The notes beneath the pieces are model-generated. The model ran no database searches. It had not been told where the DNA came from and was given only the letters and a program-made list of their open reading frames with translations. Positions 27,301-36,632 of a stretch of DNA of 64,000 nt are shown here, in pieces (the first letter of the stretch is position 1; the number at the start of each line of letters is the position of its first letter). The stretch covers positions 12,293 through 76,292 of the IMG/VR virus record IMGVR_UViG_3300035698_011327, one strand, 5' to 3'. The DNA comes from a virus. Both the position numbers and the translations under genes were made by a program.

Positions 27301-28997
27301 TTGAAAATATAGAGCAATGCGATTTTGATTATTCTATTTATCACTCACATAAAAATTTAAAATATTTGTGTAACCCGTGTCATAAAAAACTTGATTATAA
27401 AAAAGGTGAAAGAAAAGTAAGGCACTCTATTGGTAAACCAGTAGCACTTGATCCTATAACGTCGATAGAGATAGTTAAATGTGGAGAATATGTTTACGAT
27501 GTAGAGATGGATACAGAGCAACACAACTTTATAGCAAACGGATTTGTATCTCACAATAGCCACGCTGTCGAGTACGGAATGATAGCAGTCTGGATGATGT
27601 ACTTAAAGATAAACTATCCAGTCGAATTTATGGCAACTCTTTTATCTTATGGGCCGGCTGGAAAGAAACACGAGCTTATAAATGAAGCCAAAAGATTGGG
27701 TGTCAATATACTCTTACCTGATATTAATCTTTCTACAGCTAAAAAGTGGAAGATTGACGACGATGGCAATCTACTGTCACCGTTCTTAGAGATTAAGGGT
27801 ATAGGGGAGGTAGCCGCAACCGAGATCATTCGTTGCAGAGACGATGCAGGCCCTTACAAAAGCCCTTCCGACCTAGAGTCTAGAGTCCCTAAGAGAAAAG
27901 TCAATGTAAAAGTCCGTAGGCTACTAGAAGAAACAAAAGCATATGAGTCTCCTGAGAGTAAAACTTTCTTACCTGAAGAGGAACTTGAAGCCTTATCTCA
28001 ATATTTCGATTTCGAATTATCAAATGATCCTTTATATAGGTTTAGAGGGATATTCAAAATCCTCGACCAGAGCCTTGGGTTCATCAACCTTTGCGATTCT
28101 ATTCCGATGGGGAATGAGCTTGGATATTATTATGGTAGGATGGAAAGTCTAAAGGTTGGGTATAGGCAAGCCGTTAAGCAGACGAGCAACAGTAGCGACT
28201 TTGGCTCTCTTGGTGGAGTATACGGCCACCTTAAAGACGATACAGATTTCAAGATGCTTATCTTTGGTAACCAGATTTACGATGAGAAGAAAAGTATAGT
28301 AGAGCATTGTGAAGGGCAAGCCATAATAACTCTTGCTAATAACACGGATGATAAAGAAGCCTTGAAGACTCAGGCTGCTTGGTTTAGCGACGAACTCACG
28401 TCAGGTAATCTTGAGGGTTTAGATGCTAAACTCGGCAAAGAAAGCGAACCTCCGGCAGATTTAAGCATCATCAACGATTGCGATGCTTGTGAGTTACGTG
28501 AAGAATGTGAGCGGCCAACCTTCCCTAAGCAAGGCGAATGTAACATAATGATAGTTGGAGAGATGCCAACTAAAGCAGACAATGATAGCGGGTATGTTTT
28601 CTGCGGTAGGCCAGCAGAAGTCCTATTCAGAAAGCTGGATAGCTATGGCCTAGACAGGGAGATGTTCTATCTTACGAACGTCATAAAATGCTGGCCAAGT
28701 AGAACCAAAAAGCCTAAAAAGAAACACGTCAATGCTTGTAAAAGAATTTTATCTGAAGAGATAGCAGTAGCAAAACCATTCTTGGTCCTGTCTCTTGGTA
28801 ATCTCGGTAGGCAGTTCTTTGATGGAGAAGAAGCCGGCATCATTGCTGTAAACGGAACAACTAAATGGAATATGGATCATAACTGCTGGGTAACATATTC
28901 TATAAGCCCGTCAATGGTAGCATATAGTGAAGAGAATATGCCGCTACTTGACGCCTCAATAGCAGAATTTGCTAACAAGGTATCTATTTTATTCTGA
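24375..28997 (+). CDS. dnaE: DNA polymerase III alpha subunit with an intein and a C-terminal family-4 uracil-DNA-glycosylase-like domain
   Basis: PHP HLHLHTQYSLLDG, AITDHG, GPGRGS, PDIDMDF, KLDILGL, FNK/SHA; C-terminal CxxC..IVGE.P..TNVIKC.P. Confidence 0.95.
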   Translation: MLNKDFCHLHLHTQYSLLDGFGTAAMYAKRASELGFTHMAITDHGGVDGVIEFQKACKEEGIKSIIGCEGYIVPDISVKEKEKKYHITLLVKNEVGWKNLLQLLTIANIQGFYYKPRFDPQTLLDYCEGLVVMSACASTFLNMGNVIEKPSRPARGRRLDMAPTLDTMGIDLMLQLKERTDVAIEIMPLDLKEQIEVNKMSIEIAKENDIMLVATNDCHYPLAEHSKLQEVLLCMQTKSKWSNPDRWKFDIDDLYLKTADEMIDSFAEQGVVSREDVGVALLNTMTIAELCDFEIEAREPNLPRVHVSKYPDFSEDDQIIRLVLDGLDSRAEDHEWIKNDIAAYQERIEEELEQIMPKFTRYFLVVWELVHWCEKEKIMVGPGRGSSGGCLVAYCLGITDVDPLKYDLVFSRFISPGRIDLPDIDMDFEDRRREDVKKHLADIYGKWNVIEVSTFLKMHGRGAIRDVSRVFDIPLYEVKKAAECIVTRSGGDVRADFSIEDAFNTFEDGIAFKAKYPEVTKMAMSFEGQIKSAGRHAAATCVSETDLRLGENANFVVRNKKNVCNWAKEDAEYMGLMKLDILGLNSLTILSETKDLVKDRHGININYNLIDLDDERLYVEFIAGNTIGIFQFSSNSMMKLCRDIKGDCFDEVVALNALHRPGALRSGFTQIYRDRKFGAQDVEYAHPWIEGITKDTQGLIIYQEQAMRLMYELGGLTWKTADTIRKVISKSKGVEEFMKFEQQFIDGCKERDTLNKAEAMIVFGELKNMGSYSFNKCLRGVTSLIRSAAGKHSKKQEITVEELYKRWNSKAQVGTKYRDPKRGLKIMQVDPDGRVRPAKIKAIHRNGTRRTIARITTESGKQIDATMNHRFLTDKGYVLVGELKVGDLMAIMGEKEEHIKKGEPHNQKTTYDGCGFQKGKDNISYIDGRAKYFKEGKKAVIKRADGKCENCKIEIEGVCECCHQKIKYGRPEIAHIENIEQCDFDYSIYHSHKNLKYLCNPCHKKLDYKKGERKVRHSIGKPVALDPITSIEIVKCGEYVYDVEMDTEQHNFIANGFVSHNSHAVEYGMIAVWMMYLKINYPVEFMATLLSYGPAGKKHELINEAKRLGVNILLPDINLSTAKKWKIDDDGNLLSPFLEIKGIGEVAATEIIRCRDDAGPYKSPSDLESRVPKRKVNVKVRRLLEETKAYESPESKTFLPEEELEALSQYFDFELSNDPLYRFRGIFKILDQSLGFINLCDSIPMGNELGYYYGRMESLKVGYRQAVKQTSNSSDFGSLGGVYGHLKDDTDFKMLIFGNQIYDEKKSIVEHCEGQAIITLANNTDDKEALKTQAAWFSDELTSGNLEGLDAKLGKESEPPADLSIINDCDACELREECERPTFPKQGECNIMIVGEMPTKADNDSGYVFCGRPAEVLFRKLDSYGLDREMFYLTNVIKCWPSRTKKPKKKHVNACKRILSEEIAVAKPFLVLSLGNLGRQFFDGEEAGIIAVNGTTKWNMDHNCWVTYSISPSMVAYSEENMPLLDASIAEFANKVSILF
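26703..27557 (+). mobile_element. intein (285 aa) with an HNH-type endonuclease, inside DnaE
   Basis: Interrupts the YSFNK|SHA motif; begins CLRG, has block B T.NHRF, ends VYDVEM...FVSHN; internal CxxC...H...NL..LC.PCH. Confidence 0.9.
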
Positions 28998-29047
28998 TCG
29001 ACTTAAAAGTCTTGTTTCGCTATATAACTATACAGGGGGAATAAAGA

Positions 29048-29524
29048 ATGCCAATAATTGATGAGTCAATAATAATAGACCGCAACAACCTGGATGAAGA
29101 GTGCGCTTCTGCTCCTGCCTTTTTTGATTATTGGCAGACCCAAGAGACGGACGCAAAAACAAGAAAAGAGAACCTTGAATCTCAAATGAGTATGGAGCTC
29201 AGAGGGATGGCTGAAGAAGTCCTTATGAGTAGGTTTGGGGTAAAGAAACTTACAGAGGGGGCGATCAATTCAATCATCGGCAGCGACGAAAACTTCCAGC
29301 AGTTAAAATCTCAACAGCTTGGAGCAGAAGCAGAAAGGAAATCATTCGAACAAAAGATTAGAATGCTCGACGTGTTGGCCAGGTTACATGGCCAAGGCTA
29401 CTTCTCAAAAATAGAGTCGAAGCCTAACATGAGAACAATTATAGCGAACAAAGTAAAGAAGGAGATTGAAAAGCAGATTAAGAGCAGAAAAACATCTGGA
29501 AAGCCACGGAGACCAAGGACTTAA
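29048..29524 (+). CDS. UvsY-like recombination mediator
   Basis: Helical ~158 aa, KKLTEGAINSII, located upstream of SSB/RecA. Confidence 0.5.
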   Translation: MPIIDESIIIDRNNLDEECASAPAFFDYWQTQETDAKTRKENLESQMSMELRGMAEEVLMSRFGVKKLTEGAINSIIGSDENFQQLKSQQLGAEAERKSFEQKIRMLDVLARLHGQGYFSKIESKPNMRTIIANKVKKEIEKQIKSRKTSGKPRRPRT

Positions 29525-29658
29525 GATTTTGGAATCATTTCTGATTAAAACATTTATAGTGACAGCAATAATCTGCTTCTTAGCTTATTTTATTCCAGGC
29601 ATATCGTTGAGAGCCATAAGGGATTTTAAGAAGCGTTACATAGATAAGGAGAACTGAC

Positions 29659-30774
29659 ATGGCAAAGAGGGAGTTTCAACCAGGGCTAGGAAGCAAAGCC
29701 CTCAAGAAAAAAGATGAGAAGAAAGGGCAGTACTACAAAAGCCCAGGTTCCCGCATCTCCTATATTAAGCAAGGTGTGATGAGAGTATTCATCCCTAAAG
29801 AAGGGAAGAATAGGCTGAGGATTATTCAGCCATTTGAACTCGCTGCTCTTGGCTTCTATGGGTTGGAGATGAGCTTCCACCGAAACGTAGGCGATGAGGG
29901 AGAAGAACTACACGGTGATTACTTGTGCAATGAGAGGATGAAGATTCCTCTTAGAGATTGCTACGAGGACATAAAGGTTCCTAATAAGTGTTTCGTCTGC
30001 GAACAGCAGACACCTGAGCTTTGGGATGCGAATCCTGATCTCGCTAAAACATTCTACCCTGACCGGAGAATGTGGTTCTTTGTCCACGATCTTCTTTCAG
30101 ACGATAAAGAAGAAGTTTTGCTTTGGAGCTGCCCTTGGACTCTTCACGAAGAAATTCTTTCAAGATCATCAGACGAAGAAACTGGCGCATACATAGATGT
30201 ATCCGATCCTGTTAAAGGCGTTCCGATTTCTTTTGAAAGAGACGGCAAAGGCAAGATGACGAGATACAAAAATGTCCAAGTGTTTAAGGCTGCTCATCCT
30301 CTTGATCCAAAAGTTCTTGATGATATGGTAGAGTTTCGTGAGCTTCTTATAGTCCCAGAATACGATGCTGTAAAGGCTGCGTTTGAATGCTCTGAGGACT
30401 ACGAGCCAGCTGAAGGTGGAGAAGAGCCAGCTGAACAAGAACCAGAAGAGAAAGAACCAGAATCGGAACCAGAAGGGCCGCCAGAATGCTTCCAGAAGGA
30501 GTTTGACGAATGGCAGGATTGCGTAGATTGCGAATACGCTGGCGACTGCGAAAATCCTCCAGAGCCTGAACCGGAACCAGAGCCTGAACCAGAAAAACCT
30601 GTAAGGCCGAAACGACCCAAGCGACCAGTCAAACCAGAAAAGCCATCAAAGCCAGAACGTCCGACAAGAAAGTCAAGGACGCAACCGGAAGAAAAAGCCA
30701 ACGGCAAATCTGAAGCTGCTAGGTCAGCGATTAGAGAACGCATAGCAAAAGCAACGGAAGATAGGGATAAATAA
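29659..30774 (+). CDS. single-stranded DNA-binding protein (gp32-like) with acidic/Pro-rich tail
   Basis: GKNRLRII.P, CFVC, D.SDP..G.. motif, PE repeats. Confidence 0.65.
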   Translation: MAKREFQPGLGSKALKKKDEKKGQYYKSPGSRISYIKQGVMRVFIPKEGKNRLRIIQPFELAALGFYGLEMSFHRNVGDEGEELHGDYLCNERMKIPLRDCYEDIKVPNKCFVCEQQTPELWDANPDLAKTFYPDRRMWFFVHDLLSDDKEEVLLWSCPWTLHEEILSRSSDEETGAYIDVSDPVKGVPISFERDGKGKMTRYKNVQVFKAAHPLDPKVLDDMVEFRELLIVPEYDAVKAAFECSEDYEPAEGGEEPAEQEPEEKEPESEPEGPPECFQKEFDEWQDCVDCEYAGDCENPPEPEPEPEPEPEKPVRPKRPKRPVKPEKPSKPERPTRKSRTQPEEKANGKSEAARSAIRERIAKATEDRDK

Positions 30775-31853
30775 TGGCAGATAGAGTGAGGAGAAGTGTT
30801 CAGGTAGATGACGAACACCCTGTTGACTTTATCACATCAGGTTCTACTGTTCTTAACCTTGCCCTTTCGCAAAGGGGCTTAGATGGTGGATGGGCAAGGG
30901 GTAGGATAGACAACCTAGTTGGGGACGGCAGCAGTGGAAAGACGCTTTGTGCTCTTGAAGCTGCTGCCCATGCGTTCTATTTTATGGAAGGAAACGATAG
31001 CCATAATTTCCCTAAAGTCAAGAAGGTCACTATTGTCTACAATAATGTTGAAGGCGTTATGGACTTCCCAATCGACACGATGTATGGCAAGAAATTTAAC
31101 GCTGGCGTTGAGTGGATGAGAACAGGTACCATACAAGCCTTTGGGAGAGATTTTCTTAATAGGCTAAAAGCACTTAAGTCTGGTGAGTTTCTACTTTATA
31201 TAATCGATAGTTGGGATGCGCTTGATTCTGATGAAGAGCTTGAGGAATTTATAAAATCAGTTGAAGAAGACAAGGCGATGGAAGGGTCATTTGATCTTGG
31301 AAAGCAAAGATATGGATCAAAAAGATTTTTCAAGACTTTATGCTCTAAGATGGAAGGCGGGAATGGTAGAGTCCATAAAGATTGTACCTTGCTTATCGTA
31401 TCTCAGACTAGAGCGAATATAGGTGTAAAATTTGGAGCTGCTAAAGTGCGAGTTGGAGGAGATGCTCTAAACTTTTATACTCATCAAGTAGCTTGGTTGA
31501 GAGAGCACGAGAAGATAAGAAAGACCAGAGAAAAGATAAGCATGGTCACTGGAATTGGGTGTGAGGCAAAGGTAAAGCGAAATAAAGCAGCAAAGCCTTT
31601 TAGAGAAGCCAGATTCCCTATCATGTTTGACTATGGGATAGACGATATCTCATCTATGATCCATTATCTTTATGGCCCGAAATCTAAAGCCATAAAAGAT
31701 TTATTTGATCTCAAGTTCAAGAAATATGAATCTGCTATAAAGTATGCTTATGATAACGACAAGCAGGCAGAGCTTGTTAAGCTTACGGAAGAAAAATGGA
31801 AAAGAGTTGAAGACGCTGCTAAATTTTCCCAGAAAAGCAGGTTCCCGATATGA
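30774..31853 (+). CDS. recA: RecA/UvsX-like recombinase
   Basis: ITSGS..LNLAL..GGW.RGRI, GDGSSGKT, IIDSWDAL, GGDALNFY, KRNK...PFR. Confidence 0.9.
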   Translation: MADRVRRSVQVDDEHPVDFITSGSTVLNLALSQRGLDGGWARGRIDNLVGDGSSGKTLCALEAAAHAFYFMEGNDSHNFPKVKKVTIVYNNVEGVMDFPIDTMYGKKFNAGVEWMRTGTIQAFGRDFLNRLKALKSGEFLLYIIDSWDALDSDEELEEFIKSVEEDKAMEGSFDLGKQRYGSKRFFKTLCSKMEGGNGRVHKDCTLLIVSQTRANIGVKFGAAKVRVGGDALNFYTHQVAWLREHEKIRKTREKISMVTGIGCEAKVKRNKAAKPFREARFPIMFDYGIDDISSMIHYLYGPKSKAIKDLFDLKFKKYESAIKYAYDNDKQAELVKLTEEKWKRVEDAAKFSQKSRFPI

Positions 31854-32704
31854 AGGCGTTAGTCATAGACTGTAACTATATCTGCCATGCTACATTTCAT
31901 TCTATGCCAATTTTATCGTTCAAGAATAGCACTACATCTATAGTCTACGGTTTTGTGAAAAGAGTCATATCCTTTGCTGAAAGGTTTGAGCCAGATAGCA
32001 TAGTCTTTGTATGGGATTCAAAAAGCTCAATAAGAAAAGAAGTCTATCCAGATTACAAAAAGCCACGTATAAAGGCGGGGAAGGAAGCAAGTACAAAAGA
32101 GAAAGAAGCGAAGTCTGTCGCTTACAACCAGTTCGATGAGATTCGCCTTAATACTCTCCCAAGCCTAGGCTTTAACAATGTATTCGTACAAGATGGATAC
32201 GAAGGCGATGACTTAATGGCGGCTGCTGTAAATTGTAACCCAGGATATGAATTCGTAGTCATAACTACAGATAAGGACATGTACCAGATAATAGACGATA
32301 ACTGTATGCTCTTTAATCCTATGACGAAGATCATCAGGGACAAGAAATGGTTCGTCGATGAGTTTGGATGCCACCCTCTAGCTTGGGGATATGCTAAGGC
32401 GATATCAGGATGCTCTACAGATAATGTGACTGGTCTTAAAGGGGTAGCTGAGCCAACGGCTTTGAAATTCTTAACAGGAAAGCTTAGCAAGTCGTCAAAG
32501 AAATACGAAAAGATCGAAAATTATTTCCCGACTGCCTTAGAAAACAGGGAGCTTGTTGTACTTCCTATGTACGGTACGATGGACATAGACATAGTAGAAG
32601 ATGCTCCAAGCGTCAGATCGTTTAAAAGCGTATGTGAGTCTTATGGATTCAAATCACTTCTTAGTGCAAATATGGTGAACAAATGGTTAAACCACATATG
32701 CTAA
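31850..32704 (+). CDS. 5'-3' exonuclease/flap endonuclease (RNase H-like)
   Basis: VIDCN, YPDYK, GYEGDD, TTDKDMYQ, GCSTDNVTGLKGV. Confidence 0.85.
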   Translation: MKALVIDCNYICHATFHSMPILSFKNSTTSIVYGFVKRVISFAERFEPDSIVFVWDSKSSIRKEVYPDYKKPRIKAGKEASTKEKEAKSVAYNQFDEIRLNTLPSLGFNNVFVQDGYEGDDLMAAAVNCNPGYEFVVITTDKDMYQIIDDNCMLFNPMTKIIRDKKWFVDEFGCHPLAWGYAKAISGCSTDNVTGLKGVAEPTALKFLTGKLSKSSKKYEKIENYFPTALENRELVVLPMYGTMDIDIVEDAPSVRSFKSVCESYGFKSLLSANMVNKWLNHIC

Positions 32705-33042
32705 ATGCTGGCAGGACGACTCACGAGATGTGTCCTGGCGATATAAAAGCAAGAAAAGGCAAATGGAAGATATCGATAGACTATGCCTTAAAGCCTGACT
32801 ATGAGCTACTCATGTTCTTCGCCCACTTTGTCATAATAAGAGCAGAAGCGATTCTGTCTAGCGATTGCGTCGAATACGAAGGGTACTCGCACCTTTTTGA
32901 TCCAGTTAAAGACTATTCTGAAGTGCCGGAATATCATTTTACTCTAACAAAGAAAGTGGACGGCAACCTTGATATCATAGCTATAAAAGATAATGAACCT
33001 CTTCCAAAAAAGCCAAGGCTCACAAGAAGGATCGACGGATAA
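32698..33042 (+). CDS. hypothetical protein
   Basis: ORF in the operon. Confidence 0.6.
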   Translation: MLNAGRTTHEMCPGDIKARKGKWKISIDYALKPDYELLMFFAHFVIIRAEAILSSDCVEYEGYSHLFDPVKDYSEVPEYHFTLTKKVDGNLDIIAIKDNEPLPKKPRLTRRIDG

Positions 33043-33287
33043 TGCTCAGCTACGGCGGCAAAGCTAAGATTTCAATCGATGGTGTAGAAATTGACGGATT
33101 TGTTTCTAATTGGACTATGAGTCAAGGGATGATAGAGGTTTCAGAATTTAGTGGGACAATGGAGATGATTCCAGATGGGCTTGCTAATTTACATATAGAG
33201 TTTGAAGCAAAAATAAGTGAACCTGAAGCTAAAATCCAGCTTGGTATTGAACCTAAAGAAAGACTGCTGAGAAAGATTGATGGGTGA
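33042..33287 (+). CDS. hypothetical protein
   Basis: TAATG coupling. Confidence 0.6.
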   Translation: MLSYGGKAKISIDGVEIDGFVSNWTMSQGMIEVSEFSGTMEMIPDGLANLHIEFEAKISEPEAKIQLGIEPKERLLRKIDG

Positions 33288-33753
33288 CATTTTAACAGGA
33301 GTAGTAATCGTGTCTATATTTAGTGCGATTGGAATACTTACAAAGATGATTGGTGGACTCGCTTCTAAAAAAGATATGGATAAAATACCGCCTAATGAGA
33401 TAATCCTTTATGAAGAAGAGATAGAATCCCTTAGAATGGAAATAGCTGAGGAGGCTGATAGAGCAATGGAAGCGCCAAGTGGTCCACCTTTTTCACAAGT
33501 GACTCTACCTGACGGAATGATACTACCTGTTGCGAATACCGTTGAGATAACATATGGCTATGAATCTCCTCCAAATCATACACAGGTGATGCAGATGGGC
33601 ACTTCTTATGCTGGATCAGACGGAATAAATATATTCCCAACTGTAAATGGGATGAGAAGTAGATTGATGCCACAGAAAGTCAAAGAAGTGAAAGTTGAAA
33701 GTCCATTTAGCAAAGTAAACACGGAAAGAAAATCAAGGAGAATTGATTCATGA
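33280..33753 (+). CDS. membrane-anchored hypothetical protein
   Basis: N-terminal TM segment. Confidence 0.6.
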   Translation: MGDILTGVVIVSIFSAIGILTKMIGGLASKKDMDKIPPNEIILYEEEIESLRMEIAEEADRAMEAPSGPPFSQVTLPDGMILPVANTVEITYGYESPPNHTQVMQMGTSYAGSDGINIFPTVNGMRSRLMPQKVKEVKVESPFSKVNTERKSRRIDS

Positions 33754-34220
33754 TTTTATTTATGGGAGTAGATCCAGGACAATCAGGGGCCGTAGCAGTA
33801 ATAAGCAGCGAAAGAGAAATAGTCAGGATAGAAGATTGGCCTGGTGATGAGATCCAAGCAGCAGGAGTAATAAGAAGTATAATTGTCAATTCAGGTGGAT
33901 GGGAAATTCACGCTGCTATTGAAAAGGTATCTGCTATGCCTAAACAGGGAGTTGTGTCGATGTTTAAATTCGGCATGAACTACGGCATATGGCAAGGTCT
34001 ATTAGCCGCAGCACAGATACCTTTTGTGCTGGTGGCCCCACGGGTATGGCAAAAGGGCGTTATATCAAAAGCACAAGATAAAAAGCCATCTGTCGCTGCC
34101 GCTGGCCGAATGTTTCCGAATGCAGAGTTGTTTGGTCCAAGAGGCGGCAAAAAGGACGGTAGAGCAGATGCACTTCTTATTGCTGATTATTGCAGAAGAC
34201 AGCATATAGGATTAGCATGA
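33750..34220 (+). CDS. RuvC-like Holliday junction resolvase
   Basis: MGVDPGQSGA, AIEKV, FG.NYG, DGRADALLIA. Confidence 0.85.
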   Translation: MILFMGVDPGQSGAVAVISSEREIVRIEDWPGDEIQAAGVIRSIIVNSGGWEIHAAIEKVSAMPKQGVVSMFKFGMNYGIWQGLLAAAQIPFVLVAPRVWQKGVISKAQDKKPSVAAAGRMFPNAELFGPRGGKKDGRADALLIADYCRRQHIGLA

Positions 34221-34921
34221 CAGAAAGGAAACGCCGATGTTGTAAATGTGGGTGTGGAGAGGAAGTAATGCCTGGTAACACTTGGATAAAAGGTCATAAT
34301 ATAAAAAAGAATGGAAACCCGTTCTTTGGTAAAGTGCGAAGTGGCAGACTAGCGCCTATGTATGGTAAAAAGTTTTCCGCTAGACATTGCAATAGAATAA
34401 GAAAGTCTAAAATAGGCACTAGCCTATCTGAAGAAACAAAGGTGAAAATAGGATTGGCATCTAAATCTAGTGAGAAATCAAAAGAATTTATTGCAATGAT
34501 CGGGAGCTTTAGCGATGTCAATTCAAGAAAAGGTATTGCTTTATCAGAAGAGCACAGGTTAAAAATATCAACTTCTATGACCGGTGTTATATTTAGTGAA
34601 AGGCATAAGGATAACATATCTTTGTCTATTTCAGGAAATAAACACCCAAATTGGCAAGGCGGGAAGTCTTTTGAAGAATATTGTCGCACTTGGACTGATA
34701 GTGAATTTAAAGCATATGTCCTTGAAAGAGATGAGTATAAGTGCCAAAATCCATTATGCAACAAGACTTGTAAAAAGCTGTGCCGACACCATATAGATTA
34801 TGATAAGAAGAACTGTGGACCAAGCAATATAATAACAGTATGCGTCTCATGTAACTCAAGAGCCAATTATAACAGAGAGTCTTGGCAAGAACATTATGAA
34901 GAGATAATGGCTAATAGATGA
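34217..34921 (+). CDS. HNH homing endonuclease with NUMOD3 repeats
   Basis: CKCGCG, SEETKVKI/SEEHRLKI repeats, HHIDYDKKNC. Confidence 0.85.
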   Translation: MTERKRRCCKCGCGEEVMPGNTWIKGHNIKKNGNPFFGKVRSGRLAPMYGKKFSARHCNRIRKSKIGTSLSEETKVKIGLASKSSEKSKEFIAMIGSFSDVNSRKGIALSEEHRLKISTSMTGVIFSERHKDNISLSISGNKHPNWQGGKSFEEYCRTWTDSEFKAYVLERDEYKCQNPLCNKTCKKLCRHHIDYDKKNCGPSNIITVCVSCNSRANYNRESWQEHYEEIMANR

Positions 34922-36015
34922 TTAAAGAAGTAGAGATATCAAACTTCCAATCCCACAAGTACACCTTACTCCCGTTTGGGAAAGGTGTCAATGTGATAAC
35001 CGGAAGAACTCATTCCGGCAAGTCATCTATCGTAAGAGCTATAAGATGGGCCTTACAAAATAGGCCACAAGGAGATGGATTTAGACTTGATGGGTGTAAG
35101 CCAAAAGACCCAACCTCCGTAGCGATCCAGTTCGATGATAATCAGCACATCGTAAGGGAAAAAAGCAAAAAGAAAGGAATCAACTTATATAGGTCATCTG
35201 AAAGTGAAGATCCATACGCAGCCCTAAAGACAAATGTCCCAGAAGAGATTCGCTCCATTACTCGCATGAGAGATGAGAATGTACAGTCTCAAGGCGATCC
35301 TTACTTTCTTATAGACAAGACACCAGGCAAGGTAGCGGAGGAAATAAACAGAGTCGTAGGCCTGAAGATAATCGCAGAGAAGCTGAAGAAAGCAAAGAAG
35401 ATCGTGCTTGATGCTAACTCGCATGTAACCGTCCTTAACTCTCAAATAGAAACTGCTGCTGAAAGCCTTAAGTCTCCTGAGATGGAAGGGATAGATGACC
35501 TATACGCCCAAGCTATAGAGATTGAAGATGCGGACAAAGCACTAGACTTTATAGACAAGAACATCGAAGCTATCGAAGCTATCTTATCGCAGCTAGACGA
35601 TGAAAGAAACAATGTGAGTGAAAGTCGCTCTATCCTTAATATAAAAAAGAAGATGGATGCTTTTAAAATAGAATATCAGGCACACGTTAGGAGAATAGAA
35701 GAACAGAAGAAGATATCCGACACTATATATCTTCTTCACGGGTATGTCGATGACTCTATTATAGAAATTTCAGAGAATGCTGAAGAGACGATAGAAGAAT
35801 TATCAGCATTTACTGACAGGAGAAATACCTTGTTCGAGATTAAAGGGGTATACTCCGCTATTCTAAAAGAAAAACAATCCCTGCAAACGTGTGTCAGGGG
35901 CCTACAAAAGCTTGAATCGGATAGGATAGAGGCCGAAGATAAGGCGGGATATTGTACAAAATGTGGATCTTCACGTGAATACTGGGATCAAGAAAGGATA
36001 GATGATGAAGCCTAA
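34918..36015 (+). CDS. sbcC: SbcC/Rad50-like ATPase, N-terminal half
   Basis: NFQSH, GVNVITGRTHSGKS, coiled coil ending in zinc hook CTKCG. Confidence 0.8.
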   Translation: MIKEVEISNFQSHKYTLLPFGKGVNVITGRTHSGKSSIVRAIRWALQNRPQGDGFRLDGCKPKDPTSVAIQFDDNQHIVREKSKKKGINLYRSSESEDPYAALKTNVPEEIRSITRMRDENVQSQGDPYFLIDKTPGKVAEEINRVVGLKIIAEKLKKAKKIVLDANSHVTVLNSQIETAAESLKSPEMEGIDDLYAQAIEIEDADKALDFIDKNIEAIEAILSQLDDERNNVSESRSILNIKKKMDAFKIEYQAHVRRIEEQKKISDTIYLLHGYVDDSIIEISENAEETIEELSAFTDRRNTLFEIKGVYSAILKEKQSLQTCVRGLQKLESDRIEAEDKAGYCTKCGSSREYWDQERIDDEA

Positions 36016-36208
36016 AGAATTAGAAGCGATTGAAAAGGCACTTGATTTTGAATTAGGATACGGTAAATTTAAAGACAAGACGCTTGATGAAGTTCCGTCT
36101 TGGTACCTTAAATGGTTAGCTGGAAATATAAAGAACGATAGAGTTGCCATAATGGCAGACCTTGTATATGAATACAGGGAATCAACAAGCACCCATATTT
36201 GGGATTGA
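36002..36208 (+). CDS. DUF3820-like small protein
   Basis: GYGKFKDKTLDEVPSWYLKWL. Confidence 0.65.
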   Translation: MMKPKELEAIEKALDFELGYGKFKDKTLDEVPSWYLKWLAGNIKNDRVAIMADLVYEYRESTSTHIWD

Positions 36209-36221
36209 AAAGGAGAACGAA

Positions 36222-36632
36222 ATGTTGGAACGGTATTTTTATCTCAGGAAAGAAAAGACTGTAATCGATGAGGAAACTGGAAAGACCATACCGAATGGGA
36301 TACATAGGTGTGGCGTAGTTTATCTCGTTATGAATGAAGGTGGCCTAACTGCCAGAGGCGTATCCCTATGTAACGGTGGAGAAGATCCATTCGTCAGGGA
36401 TGATGGCTTTCTGAAAGAGAAAGGTGGTGAGTGGAAACCTTTCGTTGGCGGCTTGAAGCTGGCAAAGAAGCGAGCTATGAGAGCGCTGAATTCAAAAGCG
36501 AACTCAGAGCCAATCACGGGTTTTTCTGCTATAGAGAAAGTTTCAGTGTTCAATATCCTTGATAAGTCAGAGTATCTGCCTGTACTTAGCAAGTTTGAGC
36601 TGAAGATTCTTGAAGAGAAGAAAGAAGCCTAA
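36222..36632 (+). CDS. hypothetical protein
   Basis: RBS; ARGVSLC..EDPF....G..LAKKRA. Confidence 0.65.
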   Translation: MLERYFYLRKEKTVIDEETGKTIPNGIHRCGVVYLVMNEGGLTARGVSLCNGGEDPFVRDDGFLKEKGGEWKPFVGGLKLAKKRAMRALNSKANSEPITGFSAIEKVSVFNILDKSEYLPVLSKFELKILEEKKEA

